From Minisyncoccota bacterium (GTDB lineage Bacteria; Patescibacteriota; Minisyncoccia; Phycocordibacterales; WO2-35-19): a DNA stretch of 64,000 nt. Location: contig JBAYKK010000004.1 of the NCBI GenBank assembly GCA_041664625.1, forward strand, positions 2,343-66,342, read 5' to 3'. Positions 48,896 through 59,792 of this stretch are shown here, in pieces. The notes beneath the pieces are model-generated. The model was not told the DNA's origin. It made no database searches and saw nothing but the letters and a program-made list of their open reading frames with translations. The position numbers and the translations under genes are program-made. The first letter of the stretch is position 1, and every line of letters begins with the position of its first letter.

Positions 48896-50197
48896 TTAAG
48901 AATCTTTTTCTATCAACTTCTTCCCTTTCAATACTAGGTTGCTTTTTACACACGAGAGGATTTCTCTCTGCTCGTAGACATTGCCTTCCTTAAGCAGATA
49001 TTTGGCGTAATTTCGAATATCAATGTCTCGCTTTTTGGTGATCACTTCTTTTTCAATCCCCAATACTCCATTTTGAAACCTTGCATACCTTTCAATTTCT
49101 TTGGACATCTTTTCCTTAAGTCCGATTTTATCCATATCCACTTTGTCTATAATTTCTAGAGCTTGCGATACTAAGATTGTCTCGCTAACAGGCTCATTTT
49201 TACAGTCAATGTTTTTGGATTTTGTACACCTATAATATACATGTCGATTCATGCCCCCATCTTTTAACTTTTTCCACTTTTCTTCGGCAGTTATACCCGA
49301 ACCGCATACCCCACAATGAATGATTTTGGTAAAGGCGAATTCTTTACCTTTGTATCCGGTTTTATATGTTTCTTCGTTTAGCTTTTCCTGCGTTTTTTCA
49401 AAAAGTTCTTTGCTAATTATGGGGGTATGTTTCCCGGTATACCAACTCCCGCTTCCTTTTGGATACTCAAATACTCCATAGTAGAAGCTGAGCCGAAGTA
49501 ATCGGTATATGTTTCCTACGGTCAATCCTTTGCCATATCTCGTGGTAAAATGGACATCTTCTTTTAGCCATTTAAATATTCTTCTGCCACTCAATCCTTC
49601 ATTGGCTACTTTTTCAAACATTTGCTTGATTATAGGAGCTCGGCTCGGATCTACGATAATCTCACATTTTCTGTCGGTTCTTTTTTCATTTGAATATCCT
49701 GTAGGTGCTATGCACGGCCAGAGTCCCATCTCAACTCTGGTCCGCAGACCTCTTTTTACATTTTGACTTTTGTTGTCGTTTTCAAGTTTTGCCTGACTAC
49801 CCAAAATCATTAGGAGGAATTTTTCATTCGGATTGTTTGTAAATTTCTGTCCGTAAGTCCGAATTTCAACTAGCACTTTTTGATCCATAAGATCAACTAA
49901 TGCACCTAAGTCCCCGGCATTTCTGCTCAATCTATCCGGTGCCCAAGTGAGTATGCAATTGAAAAGTCCAGATTTAAGGTCGGCTAAAATTGTATTAAAC
50001 ACAGGCCTCTGGCCGTTAGCTTTAGCAGAGTGGCTTTCTTTTCGAACCTCTGTGATATTTAGTCCATCTTTCTCCGCAATCCTCATCATTTCTTTTATCT
50101 GAGAATCTATTGAAAGAGCTTGCATTTCATCTTGCTCGGTACTTTTCCTCGCATAGAGGCAGTACCGTAGAGTCTCTTGTGGTTTGCTATTTTCCAT
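48896..50197 (-). CDS. Large serine recombinase (paralog of 8940-10259)
   Basis: 433 aa; 'YCLYARKSTEQDE...SIDSQ' catalytic motif, recombinase domain, zinc ribbon; conserved upstream motif AGCGTCATTCCTTAAGG. Confidence 0.85.
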   Translation of the reverse strand: MENSKPQETLRYCLYARKSTEQDEMQALSIDSQIKEMMRIAEKDGLNITEVRKESHSAKANGQRPVFNTILADLKSGLFNCILTWAPDRLSRNAGDLGALVDLMDQKVLVEIRTYGQKFTNNPNEKFLLMILGSQAKLENDNKSQNVKRGLRTRVEMGLWPCIAPTGYSNEKRTDRKCEIIVDPSRAPIIKQMFEKVANEGLSGRRIFKWLKEDVHFTTRYGKGLTVGNIYRLLRLSFYYGVFEYPKGSGSWYTGKHTPIISKELFEKTQEKLNEETYKTGYKGKEFAFTKIIHCGVCGSGITAEEKWKKLKDGGMNRHVYYRCTKSKNIDCKNEPVSETILVSQALEIIDKVDMDKIGLKEKMSKEIERYARFQNGVLGIEKEVITKKRDIDIRNYAKYLLKEGNVYEQREILSCVKSNLVLKGKKLIEKDS

Positions 50198-50317
50198 ACC
50201 TTAAGGAATGACGCTTAAAGGTTTTAAGTCCAGCCCGAAGGAGACAAGCTGTTGGTAAATCGACTTCTTTAAATCTTCCAAAATCTAGCTAAAAGTGGTA
50301 TGGTTTATTAATAAATT

Positions 50318-51478
50318 ATGGCAAACAAAAATCTTACGAATGCAAAACGGGCAAAAAATGACGAGTTTTATACTCAGTATAGTGATATTCAAAAAGAGAT
50401 TGGAGCGTATTTGGAATACAACCCAGTTGTATTTCGAGATAAGGTGGTATATTGCAATTGTGATGATCCGTTCGAGAGTAATTTTTTTCGCTACTTTGTT
50501 CTCAATTTCAATAAGCTTAACTTGAAACAACTTATCACTACCAGTTATAAACCATCACCGATTGCTAATACAGAACTTGTATTGCAACCATCCCTTCTTC
50601 CTGATTATAAAGATATGGTTGTGAAAAAACTAACAGTACCAAAGGGTAGACCGAAGGTAACTGCTAACAAATTTATTATCAACGAAGTGCGCGACATAGA
50701 CGGCAACGGTGAGTTCAACTTGAAAGACGTTGCTAAGCAGTTAAAAGCAAACAAACATAATGAATGGGCACCTCTTGAAGGTGACGGTGATTTTCGTAGT
50801 GATGAATCTATAAATTTATTAAAACAATCCGACATCGTAGTGACTAATCCACCGTTCAGTTTGTTTCGCGAATATATAAAACAGCTTGTTGAACACAACA
50901 AAAAGTTTTTAATTATCGGTAATATGAATGCTATCACCTATAAAGAAGTGTTCCCATTGCTCAAAGATAATAAAGTTTGGTTGGGCAACAATTACAAAGT
51001 TAATGCTGGTGCCATGTTTTTTGAAATTCCAGAGGCAATTGCTAACTTGGAGCAAGTTCGTGAAATTAAAACAAATGAAAGTGGCAAGAAAGTTTATATT
51101 ACCAGAGTTCAAGGGGTTCGCTGGTTCACCAACCTTGATCATGGTCGCCGTCATCAGCCATTACCTCTTATGACCGAAGCAGAAGTTATAAAATTTGTAA
51201 CAAAAAAACCTTTTGAAAAATATGACAATTATAATGCGATAGATGTATCTCTAGTTAAAAATATTCCGAGTGATTATAGTGGTGTAATGGGAGTGCCGAT
51301 GAGTGTATTTGATAAACATTCCCCTGAACAGTTCGAGATTTTAGGAAGTGATTATAATGTTAAAGAAGGATTGCTTCCAAAATTAGTTAATCCAAAATGG
51401 AAAGGCAAGTTAGATAGAGGATATGTAAATGGCAAAAGATTTTATACTCGAATATTTATTAAACATAATAAGGAATAA
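50318..51478 (+). CDS. N6-adenine DNA methyltransferase, EcoRI-methylase-like family
   Basis: 386 aa; N-terminal '[10 protein letters not shown]...[16 protein letters not shown]' and catalytic 'NPPFS' (motif IV). Confidence 0.55.
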   Translation: MANKNLTNAKRAKNDEFYTQYSDIQKEIGAYLEYNPVVFRDKVVYCNCDDPFESNFFRYFVLNFNKLNLKQLITTSYKPSPIANTELVLQPSLLPDYKDMVVKKLTVPKGRPKVTANKFIINEVRDIDGNGEFNLKDVAKQLKANKHNEWAPLEGDGDFRSDESINLLKQSDIVVTNPPFSLFREYIKQLVEHNKKFLIIGNMNAITYKEVFPLLKDNKVWLGNNYKVNAGAMFFEIPEAIANLEQVREIKTNESGKKVYITRVQGVRWFTNLDHGRRHQPLPLMTEAEVIKFVTKKPFEKYDNYNAIDVSLVKNIPSDYSGVMGVPMSVFDKHSPEQFEILGSDYNVKEGLLPKLVNPKWKGKLDRGYVNGKRFYTRIFIKHNKE

Positions 51479-51479
51479 C

Positions 51480-52646
51480 ATGAAGACAGTTTTAAAAACT
51501 AATATAACTATTCAAGAAATTTGCAACGGATTTGTCTATAACGAACTTGAGGGTAAGGGTTTGTTTGGTCTCTCGGGCAAACTCACGATTCAGCCAGAAT
51601 ATCAGCGCAACTATATCTATTCATCCGATGGCGGCAAAAGAGAAATCGCTGTAATTGAATCAGTCCTAAAAGGCTATCCAATAGGTTTGATTTATTTCAA
51701 TAAGATTTCCGATGATAGTTTAGAGGTTTTGGACGGACAGCAACGCATCACAAGTCTCGGACGATTTATTACCGATAAATTTGCTATCAAAGATGAAAAC
51801 GGGATGCAATATTTTGGCACAATGGCAAAAGATAAGAAAGATAAAATTTTGGAAACAAAACTTCTTATTTATGAATGTGAAGGGACAGAAAGCCAAATAA
51901 AAGAGTGGTTTAAGACTATAAATATTGCCGGGGTTCCGCTTGTTCCTCAAGAATTACTAAACGCGATCTATTCCGGACCATTTGTTACATTGAGCAAAGA
52001 GGAGTTTAGCAACAGCCAAAATGCCAATATTCAAAAATGGGGTGCCTACATAAAAGGAAGCGCAAACAGACAAGCGTTTTTTGAGAGAGCGTTAGATTGG
52101 GTGAGTAAAGGAAATATTGATGATTATATGAGCAGTCATCGCAATGATAAAAATATTAATGAGTTAAAAAAATATTTTAATAATGTGATTGATTGGGTTT
52201 CTAGTGTATTCACTGATGTAGAAGATGAAATGTGTGGGCTTGAATGGGGACGATTTTATGAGCAGTATAACAAGAAATCCTATGACCCTAAGAAGGTCTC
52301 AGCTGAAATGCGTAAACTCTATGGCGATCCATACATCAAAAACCGCAAAGGTATTTTTGAATTTATTTTAGGTGGTTCTATTGATACGAAATTACTTGAA
52401 GTTCGTGTTTTTGATGATGCAATTAAAAAATCGGTTTATGCAACACAAACCGCTAAAGCAGAAAAAAGTGGTATATCAAATTGTTCTTATTGCGCCATTG
52501 GACATGACGTAAATAAAGCGAAAATTTGGAGTTTGAGCGATATGGACGCCGACCATGTTTCAGCTTGGAGTAAGGGCGGGGCTACTTCAGCGAAGAATTG
52601 TGAGATGTTGTGTAAAACCCACAATCGGGCAAAAGGTAATCGATAA
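51480..52646 (+). CDS. DUF262 (ParB-like, GmrS-type) domain fused to C-terminal HNH nuclease
   Basis: 388 aa; '[10 protein letters not shown]', 'DGQQRITSL' DUF262 signatures; C-terminal 'CSYC...[12 protein letters not shown]...[15 protein letters not shown]' HNH; start immediately after MTase stop with AAGGA RBS. Confidence 0.7.
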   Translation: MKTVLKTNITIQEICNGFVYNELEGKGLFGLSGKLTIQPEYQRNYIYSSDGGKREIAVIESVLKGYPIGLIYFNKISDDSLEVLDGQQRITSLGRFITDKFAIKDENGMQYFGTMAKDKKDKILETKLLIYECEGTESQIKEWFKTINIAGVPLVPQELLNAIYSGPFVTLSKEEFSNSQNANIQKWGAYIKGSANRQAFFERALDWVSKGNIDDYMSSHRNDKNINELKKYFNNVIDWVSSVFTDVEDEMCGLEWGRFYEQYNKKSYDPKKVSAEMRKLYGDPYIKNRKGIFEFILGGSIDTKLLEVRVFDDAIKKSVYATQTAKAEKSGISNCSYCAIGHDVNKAKIWSLSDMDADHVSAWSKGGATSAKNCEMLCKTHNRAKGNR

Positions 52647-52679
52647 GAAGCCATACTAATCGGAAAAATAAATATTAAA

Positions 52680-53399
52680 ATGACTACCACCGAAGAATTA
52701 CAAAAACAAATAAATGAGCTTCTGAGTCAAATTAATTCTTTACAAAAACAATTCGGATTTCCTGTATCTTCTGGCTTGGGAATAGATACAGAAAAAGAAT
52801 TATTAGAGAAAAAAGCTGAATTTTTATCTAATGAGTTGGAAAAAATAGGCGAAATTCTTTCTAATCTTACTGCTGGAACAGGGATTTTGTTAACCATTGC
52901 AGGCATATTATCCTTCCTTCCCCAATTTATGATAAATAATGGAGAATACCTTGCAAACTTTTTGTTTTGGACGTTCTGGCTTCTTCCTTTATCCATTATC
53001 ACTTACTACCCGTCTTCTCTAAGAATTTCTTCGATAATTAAAGGCCAGCCCTTTGCTTCTACTGGTTCTAGTATGGAATTGGAAATTTTAAAAAATAGAG
53101 CTCAATATCTTGAATTAATATGGAAGAGATCTGTAGAAAATCATGATTCGGTAATATTCTGGAACAGACTAACTAAAAGTTTTATATATACATATATTGT
53201 ATCTCTAGTTTTGAATTTTTATGTTTTTGTTTTTTATGGAAAACCGAGTTTGTTGGTTTCAATAGTATTACTCTTCATATCCTGCTTAACAGCAACAATG
53301 CTACTTGTTTCTCAAAAAGCTAAATCTGAAAAGAATAGGGTCATCGGCGATACAAAAATCGATATAAACGCTGTTGGTGGCGCACCATCAGATACATAA
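52680..53399 (+). CDS. Membrane protein with N-terminal coiled coil
   Basis: 239 aa; coiled-coil ~aa 5-60, then 4 TM helices. Confidence 0.35.
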   Translation: MTTTEELQKQINELLSQINSLQKQFGFPVSSGLGIDTEKELLEKKAEFLSNELEKIGEILSNLTAGTGILLTIAGILSFLPQFMINNGEYLANFLFWTFWLLPLSIITYYPSSLRISSIIKGQPFASTGSSMELEILKNRAQYLELIWKRSVENHDSVIFWNRLTKSFIYTYIVSLVLNFYVFVFYGKPSLLVSIVLLFISCLTATMLLVSQKAKSEKNRVIGDTKIDINAVGGAPSDT

Positions 53400-53453
53400 C
53401 ATGCCCAAAAGATATCAGAAAATAATATATGAATTTAATAAAAAATATATAAG

Positions 53454-54143
53454 ATGAGCTACTATCGTAAACCATATTATCATCATCGTTATTACAAAAA
53501 CAAAAGCAAAGGGCCTGATTTGTTTGATATGTTAGCTGATATTATTTTTTTCCTCGGCGTAATTTTTGGAAAGTTTATCTTTTGGATTTTTAAAAAGATT
53601 TTTAGCAATAAAAATAAAACCAAAGGGTTATTCAAATTAAATGCAGAGCCAACAGAAAATTCAGAGGAGGACGTACAAATTCAAGAGAAACTTAATAAAT
53701 TCGTTCAATCTCCTTATGCCAAAAATGAACAAGAATCACCAAAAGAAAATGCTAGAAAATACTCTTTAAAAGAAAGTCAGATCACAGAAGCGGAAAAATG
53801 TTTTTTTGAAATTTTAAAAGAAGTGGTCGGCAATAATTATAGGATTGAACCCCAAGTTCAACTGTCCAGTATAGTGAGGCCAATAGATTCTAATAATAGA
53901 TATACTAATTATACAGACTTCAATAGGATAAAGGCTAAGTCTATTGATTTTGTTTTGTTTGATGATAAAAATAAGCCTTGGTTGGCAATTGAGCTTGATG
54001 ACCGCTCTCATTTTAAATGGGAGAGGATGAGGCGAGACCAATTTGTTAATGATTTGATGACTGAGGTTGGTTTGCGTATTATTCATGTACCGTTCTCATA
54101 TTCATATGATAGTGAAAAATTAAGAAAACAAATTTTTGTTTAA
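53454..54143 (+). CDS. Membrane-anchored DUF2726 (restriction-endonuclease-like fold) protein
   Basis: 229 aa; N-terminal TM; C-terminal 'SIDFVLFDDKNKPWLAIELDDRSH...RMRRDQFVNDLMTEVGLRIIHV' typical DUF2726. Confidence 0.5.
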   Translation: MSYYRKPYYHHRYYKNKSKGPDLFDMLADIIFFLGVIFGKFIFWIFKKIFSNKNKTKGLFKLNAEPTENSEEDVQIQEKLNKFVQSPYAKNEQESPKENARKYSLKESQITEAEKCFFEILKEVVGNNYRIEPQVQLSSIVRPIDSNNRYTNYTDFNRIKAKSIDFVLFDDKNKPWLAIELDDRSHFKWERMRRDQFVNDLMTEVGLRIIHVPFSYSYDSEKLRKQIFV

Positions 54144-54153
54144 TAAAAAAGTT

Positions 54154-54954
54154 ATGTTCATACCAAAAAAAATTCTTTATGCTATCGGCGGGGTCGTGAT
54201 ATTAATTGTCGTTTTCTTAATTGGAGTCTCGTCTGGAAATAAAAGTGAAAATTTAATATCAGAGCAAACTGCAGCAGTGGTAAAGTCAGATACAGTTAAC
54301 ACCAATATTGCTCCCAAATCGGGCGAGTTGGTCAAAGTGGTCAGAGTAGTAGATGGCGACACCATTAATGTTGAAATAAACGGTAAAATTGAGCCAGTGC
54401 GTTATATCGGCATTGATACTCCGGAAACAGTTGATCCGAGGAAGCCAGTGCAATGCTTTGGGGTGGAAGCATCAAAGAAAAATAAAGAATTAGTAGAAGG
54501 TAAAATGGTGAGATTAGAAACTGATATCACTGATCGCGATAAATACAATCGACTACTTCGTTATATTTGGCTTGATGACACTCTTATAAATCAGGTGTTG
54601 GTTGAACAAGGATATGCCAAATCATACTCATACCCTCCAGATGTTAAGTACCAAGATAAATTTGTGGCAGCCGAAAAACAAGCTAGAGAAAATAAATTGG
54701 GTCTTTGGACAGCTTGTACTTCAGAAACAACCACAACAACAGTTCCATCAACAACACAAACATCTTCATCTGCTTCCGATCCTTCCTGCACCATTAAAGG
54801 TAATATAAGCTCTTCGGGAGAAAAAATTTACCACATGCAAGGATGTGGTTCGTATGCAAAGACTGTCATTGACGAAAGTCGTGGAGAAAAATGGTTCTGT
54901 ACCGAAGCCGAGGCTCAATCTGCCGGTTGGAGAAAAGCTTTAAATTGTAATTAA
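54154..54954 (+). CDS. Secreted/membrane-anchored thermonuclease (SNase-like), paralog of 13779-14579
   Basis: Same motifs as copy 1; ~88% nt identity, mostly synonymous differences. Confidence 0.8.
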   Translation: MFIPKKILYAIGGVVILIVVFLIGVSSGNKSENLISEQTAAVVKSDTVNTNIAPKSGELVKVVRVVDGDTINVEINGKIEPVRYIGIDTPETVDPRKPVQCFGVEASKKNKELVEGKMVRLETDITDRDKYNRLLRYIWLDDTLINQVLVEQGYAKSYSYPPDVKYQDKFVAAEKQARENKLGLWTACTSETTTTTVPSTTQTSSSASDPSCTIKGNISSSGEKIYHMQGCGSYAKTVIDESRGEKWFCTEAEAQSAGWRKALNCN

Positions 54955-54962
54955 AATATAAA

Positions 54963-55952
54963 ATGGAACGAGAAAACAACAAAAACAAAGAACGTCTCTG
55001 GGCTACGATTGCTGGTATCGTCATTGCCGTATTGGCTGCGTTTTCGTATTTAATATTTTTCCAATCATCTGAATCGCAAGCGGAATCAGAGAGATTTGTG
55101 ATGCCTCTAAAATCGGATCAAACTGCTTCCGGTTTACTCAAATCCCAAGAATTTATAAAAAATAATTTTGGTTTTTGGATAGCAAGTTTACTGAGAGGTC
55201 TGGGAGGTGTTGAACCTGGCGGTTATAAAATTTCAAAATCAATGACCGCTTGGCAAATCGCCGAAGTTTTGAAGCAAGAGCCATATATGAAATGGGTAGT
55301 AATTCCCGAAGGATTGAGAAAAGAAGAAATTGCCGATTTGCTTACCACCACTCTCGGTTGGTCAGAAAAAGAAAAGAGCGATTGGATAAATACGTACACT
55401 GCTATGGATTTTGATCATACAGAGGGTGTATATTTCCCTGATACATATCTCATTCCTGTGGACGAAGATCCGCTTGATGTTGCAAAAAGACTACGAGCCA
55501 AGTTTGAAGAAAAATTTGCACCATACGCCAAAGAGGCCGTAGCCCAAAACATCAAATGGACCACGCTTCTCAAAATCGCTTCCATTATTCAAAGAGAAGC
55601 TAACGGACACGAAGACATGCCTTTAGTTGCAGGTATTCTTTGGAATAGATTGCTTAAAGATATGAGATTGGAGGTAGATGCAACTTTGCAATATGCCAGG
55701 GGTGATAAGGGAGATGGTTGGTGGGCATCCATTACAACGGCTGAAAAGCAAATTGAATCACCTTACAATACTTACAAAAATACAGGTCTGCCTCTACACC
55801 CGATCTCCAACCCTGGACTTTCGGCCATTGAAGCCGCTCTACATCCGGCTTCTACTACTTGCCTATATTACCTCCATGACAACTCTGGAGAAATTCATTG
55901 CTCTGATAGTTATGAAGGACATGAGACTAATATTGATAAATACTTAAAATAA
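54963..55952 (+). CDS. mltG: MltG/YceG-like murein transglycosylase, paralog of 14588-15577
   Basis: 329 aa, same length and motifs as copy 1. Confidence 0.7.
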   Translation: MERENNKNKERLWATIAGIVIAVLAAFSYLIFFQSSESQAESERFVMPLKSDQTASGLLKSQEFIKNNFGFWIASLLRGLGGVEPGGYKISKSMTAWQIAEVLKQEPYMKWVVIPEGLRKEEIADLLTTTLGWSEKEKSDWINTYTAMDFDHTEGVYFPDTYLIPVDEDPLDVAKRLRAKFEEKFAPYAKEAVAQNIKWTTLLKIASIIQREANGHEDMPLVAGILWNRLLKDMRLEVDATLQYARGDKGDGWWASITTAEKQIESPYNTYKNTGLPLHPISNPGLSAIEAALHPASTTCLYYLHDNSGEIHCSDSYEGHETNIDKYLK

Positions 55953-55955
55953 AAA

Positions 55956-56501
55956 ATGATAACGGAAGAATTTAAAATAGGGTTTTGGCACCCATTTGGT
56001 CCACATGGAGGAGAAACACCGGAAGAAATTATAAAAAGGAAACAAAATGAAATAGATAAAAATGGTTGGACATTATGGTCATTTCAGTCAAGAAATACAT
56101 TAAAAAAATGGTTTGAAAAAATTGAAGAGATGAAACCAGATAAAGTGTTTGTTTTTTGTTCCGAAGGAAAAGGTTCTAAAGAGCCTGTAGGTGAAATAAA
56201 AAATTGTAGTTTGTATACTCCAATAAATGGACTCAAGTCAAAAGAAATTCCTCATGAAATTAAGATTCCTCATCCTATGGGTAAAAAATTAAAAGGTTCT
56301 GCTTTTATTGTAAAAAATATAATATATCCAGCAAGTTATGAGGATTCAATTTATGCGGAATGGTTAAAGGATGACAAATGGCAAGCAACAAAAGTTCCAA
56401 CGAGACCGGAATATTTAATAAAATCAGGGTCTGGCAATAAAATTAGAAAATTCCGTGCGGTTTTAGAATTAAAATATCCATATCTTGCAGAGATTTCATA
56501 A
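55956..56501 (+). CDS. Hypothetical protein
   Basis: 181 aa, Lys/Glu-rich, no family recognised. Confidence 0.3.
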   Translation: MITEEFKIGFWHPFGPHGGETPEEIIKRKQNEIDKNGWTLWSFQSRNTLKKWFEKIEEMKPDKVFVFCSEGKGSKEPVGEIKNCSLYTPINGLKSKEIPHEIKIPHPMGKKLKGSAFIVKNIIYPASYEDSIYAEWLKDDKWQATKVPTRPEYLIKSGSGNKIRKFRAVLELKYPYLAEIS

Positions 56502-56504
56502 ATT

Positions 56505-57932
56505 ATGATTTTTGAACATTATTCCAAAAACAAAAAGATACTGATTCCTGTTGTCGCAGTACTTCTTGCTATAGGTGTTTTTTTGGTTTTAGAAAGACAA
56601 TATGTAGTAGAGAATGATTGGGTACAAATTTCAGCCGAACTTCAGGAATGTCTGTCGAAAAGCGATACAGAAAGTCACGAGAGGTGTCAGGAACTGATAT
56701 CCTTGATACAAGATTACGAAGATTGCATCGCAGCCGGTTTTCTCATAATGAAATCAAATCCATCGCAATGTGGCACACCAGACGGTAGGGTTTTTGTGGA
56801 GGGTGTGGAAGTGGAAACCGACCCTAACCTTCTTTTGGAAGCATGGAACATTCCCGATCCAAACAATAAACCAGAAGTCATCGATATTGGTTGGCAGTGG
56901 ATGGTTGCCGAAAAGGTTGCTGGCGGTCTTGTTGTCAGAGGAACTTGGGATAAAAATGATCAAGGTATTTTTGTAAGTTTGGCAGACGCGGACAAATTCA
57001 TCCGCATCAAAAATTCAGAAGGTGCACCAACGCCATATTTTACGACTGGAAAAAATATCTATATATTCAAGACTGATAAAAATTCAAAGAAAGCCGTTGC
57101 TACCAATACTCCGATCCCGACTCCGCTTCAAATTCAGGAAGCCGACATAAATACATTTGTTCCGGGCATAAGTCACGATCTCTCGTATATTTCGAAAGAC
57201 AAGAATCGTGTCTACATACACGGCATTCCAGATGCTTCCATTGACGCTCAAACTCTTATAGCTCTGGATGGAATGGACTATTTCTTTCAGTATTTTTTCA
57301 AAGACAGAAACCATGTGTACGATGCCAGACCGGAACAAGGTTCGGATCTTAAGTATAAGATCACCTCGTATGATCCACAGACCTTTGAAATCTTAAAGAG
57401 TGTCTATGGCTACACCAAAGACAAAAATGGGGTGTATTACGAAGACAAGAAGATAGCCGGTGCCGATCCGAATACCTTCCAAGTTTTGACGACTCCAAAA
57501 CTCTCGGCTGGCAAAGCGGACCATGCCACCTATTCATACTCCAAAGACATAAAAAATGTATATTACCTTGGTCAGGTTATTCCAAACGCAGACCCCAAAA
57601 CATTTACTCCCATCGACACAGGTGGTACATATGCCCATTATTACGGAAAAGATGGTGTGTCCGTTTACGAAGGCACTACTACCATCCCTTTTGCCGATCC
57701 TAAAACTTTCAGACCTTTATGGTATCCGATCTATGAGGGTTGCGGTCCGTCCAGATATTCTGTTGACGCAACGCATGTATTTTTTGAAAAGCAAATAGTT
57801 ACCGGTGCTGATCCGGCAACATTCGAAGCTCTGATTTTGCAGTATGGTAGAGACAAAAACGGACTTTGGTTTAAAGACAAGCTTGAGAAACAAATGCCTC
57901 CCAATTTTGAGCCAGTATGTAATTATGGGTAG
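56505..57932 (+). CDS. DKNYY-repeat family secreted protein
   Basis: 475 aa; N-terminal TM; seven 'KDKNxVYY...ADP.TF' repeats. Confidence 0.5.
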   Translation: MIFEHYSKNKKILIPVVAVLLAIGVFLVLERQYVVENDWVQISAELQECLSKSDTESHERCQELISLIQDYEDCIAAGFLIMKSNPSQCGTPDGRVFVEGVEVETDPNLLLEAWNIPDPNNKPEVIDIGWQWMVAEKVAGGLVVRGTWDKNDQGIFVSLADADKFIRIKNSEGAPTPYFTTGKNIYIFKTDKNSKKAVATNTPIPTPLQIQEADINTFVPGISHDLSYISKDKNRVYIHGIPDASIDAQTLIALDGMDYFFQYFFKDRNHVYDARPEQGSDLKYKITSYDPQTFEILKSVYGYTKDKNGVYYEDKKIAGADPNTFQVLTTPKLSAGKADHATYSYSKDIKNVYYLGQVIPNADPKTFTPIDTGGTYAHYYGKDGVSVYEGTTTIPFADPKTFRPLWYPIYEGCGPSRYSVDATHVFFEKQIVTGADPATFEALILQYGRDKNGLWFKDKLEKQMPPNFEPVCNYG

Positions 57933-58012
57933 GGTGGTTGCTTTTTGGTGTTTTTAATGTACAATACAAGTATAAATTTTAGTGTAAATTATTGGATTTT
58001 AATTATAAAAAT

Positions 58013-59788
58013 ATGAGAAGTAGACTATATTTGTTGGCGTTTTTTGTCTTTTTAGGTCTCATCCCGTTTTCACAAGCTGATGCTGAAATTGCCTTCAGTC
58101 AAAATATAACTCTATCTCCTGGGTGGAATATAGTTTCTACTCCGAGAATTTTGGAAAGCCATTCTTTTTCGGTTCCAGAGACAAACGAAAATTTTGATAT
58201 ATTCGCATTAGACGCCTCCAAAACAAGTGGGTGGGCAACACTGGCAGATTTGGGACAGACAGAATTCACTCCTCTTTATGGATATTTCGTAAATAATAAG
58301 ACTGTAAGTAACCAGATTCTTACCTTCAATTATAAAGCCGATGTCTCTCCATCCCAAAGATTTTTTGACAGAACTTTTCCATCCACAGGTTGGTATTCTT
58401 TCGGTATAGCAAATCCAACTTATTCTAAAACTGTTAGTAGCGATAATACTGATACAAACAATCCCGACCATATTTTAAACTCCCTGCTCGGATCTCAAGC
58501 CAAATACAGTACGGTTATAGATTTTACTGACGCAAATCCAAACTCGGTTGCCCTTAGCGATCCTTGGGGTTCGCGAATACGTTCGATTACTCCCGCTGAT
58601 GCGACAGAGATAAATAAACTTAATGACTTCAGAGAGACAAAGGCATATGCAATCTATATCAGAGAAGCCGATACTCTGTACAACGGATTTCAAAATAACG
58701 ATATTCCGCCTGTGCCAGCTTGTTCTAATGGAGAAGATAATGACGGAGATCTTCTGGTTGACCTAGATGACCCCGGATGTATAAACGCGCTAGATAACGA
58801 CGAGACAGATGTCATTCTTGAGCCAGCCGTTTTAATACTTTCTCTCAATAATTCTTCTCCTAGTAAGCAGGATGTTGTGGCATCAGCGGGTTCTCAGGAT
58901 AACGAGATGGATAAACTTACTTTGCTTGTTTTTGATATTAAGGCCGAAAAAGATGACATTGCCGTAACGGACCTACAAGTTAACATTGAGAAAACTGGTT
59001 CTGGATCAGCCATGGCACAGACGGTTTACTTATTTGATGGTTCGCAGGAAAAATCAAGCATTACATTAAATGGCAATACCGCAGTATTTAGCGATCTTAA
59101 TTTGGCAGTCGCAAAAGACTCTACTAAAACTTACACAGTTAAGATAGACATTAGAAACGCAAACGCCACAGAAGCTCGTTTTTCAGCCACAGCTTCATCC
59201 ACTGGCTTTATGGCAAAAAATTCTATCGGTGACTCTGTATCGGATGAAAACAAAAATGGATCTGCCACAGGGTATAGTATTGGAGTAAGGAATGTGGGAC
59301 CCGAAATAACCTTAGTTTCAAAAAGTATTAGCACCTCAGGTGTTCCACAGGGTAATACACTGAATAATATGAGCACATCCACAGTGACAGCTACCTTCAA
59401 TGTCAGATTGAAAGCGGTTGGAGGAGATATAATGTTGGGCACAGTTGCTTCTGGAACCCCTGCGTTTTCTAAATCAACCGGATTTAAAATATATAGAAAC
59501 GGCAGCGAAGTTAATACGGATTCTGTCAGCACCAAATCAATTTCATTCACCATTCCTTCCGTATGTACTTCTACGGGCACAAATTCTTGTATGCTCGCCG
59601 AAGGAAACGAAATAAATATACCAGTATCATTCCAAATTACAGGCCGAAATATCGACGGGTCGTCTTTGTCTTCAGGGCTGTATTCAGTAGCACTAGAAGC
59701 CGTCAATTGGGTTTCAGGCGCTATGAATACTTCAGATTTTATGTCAGGCGAGGTTGATTGGAAAACCGCCGATGTAAGCTTCCCTTAA
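58013..59788 (+). CDS. Secreted protein of unknown function
   Basis: Signal peptide 'MRSRLYLLAFFVFLGLIPFSQA'; Ser/Thr/Asn-rich beta-type composition. Confidence 0.4.
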   Translation: MRSRLYLLAFFVFLGLIPFSQADAEIAFSQNITLSPGWNIVSTPRILESHSFSVPETNENFDIFALDASKTSGWATLADLGQTEFTPLYGYFVNNKTVSNQILTFNYKADVSPSQRFFDRTFPSTGWYSFGIANPTYSKTVSSDNTDTNNPDHILNSLLGSQAKYSTVIDFTDANPNSVALSDPWGSRIRSITPADATEINKLNDFRETKAYAIYIREADTLYNGFQNNDIPPVPACSNGEDNDGDLLVDLDDPGCINALDNDETDVILEPAVLILSLNNSSPSKQDVVASAGSQDNEMDKLTLLVFDIKAEKDDIAVTDLQVNIEKTGSGSAMAQTVYLFDGSQEKSSITLNGNTAVFSDLNLAVAKDSTKTYTVKIDIRNANATEARFSATASSTGFMAKNSIGDSVSDENKNGSATGYSIGVRNVGPEITLVSKSISTSGVPQGNTLNNMSTSTVTATFNVRLKAVGGDIMLGTVASGTPAFSKSTGFKIYRNGSEVNTDSVSTKSISFTIPSVCTSTGTNSCMLAEGNEINIPVSFQITGRNIDGSSLSSGLYSVALEAVNWVSGAMNTSDFMSGEVDWKTADVSFP

Positions 59789-59792
59789 AAAT

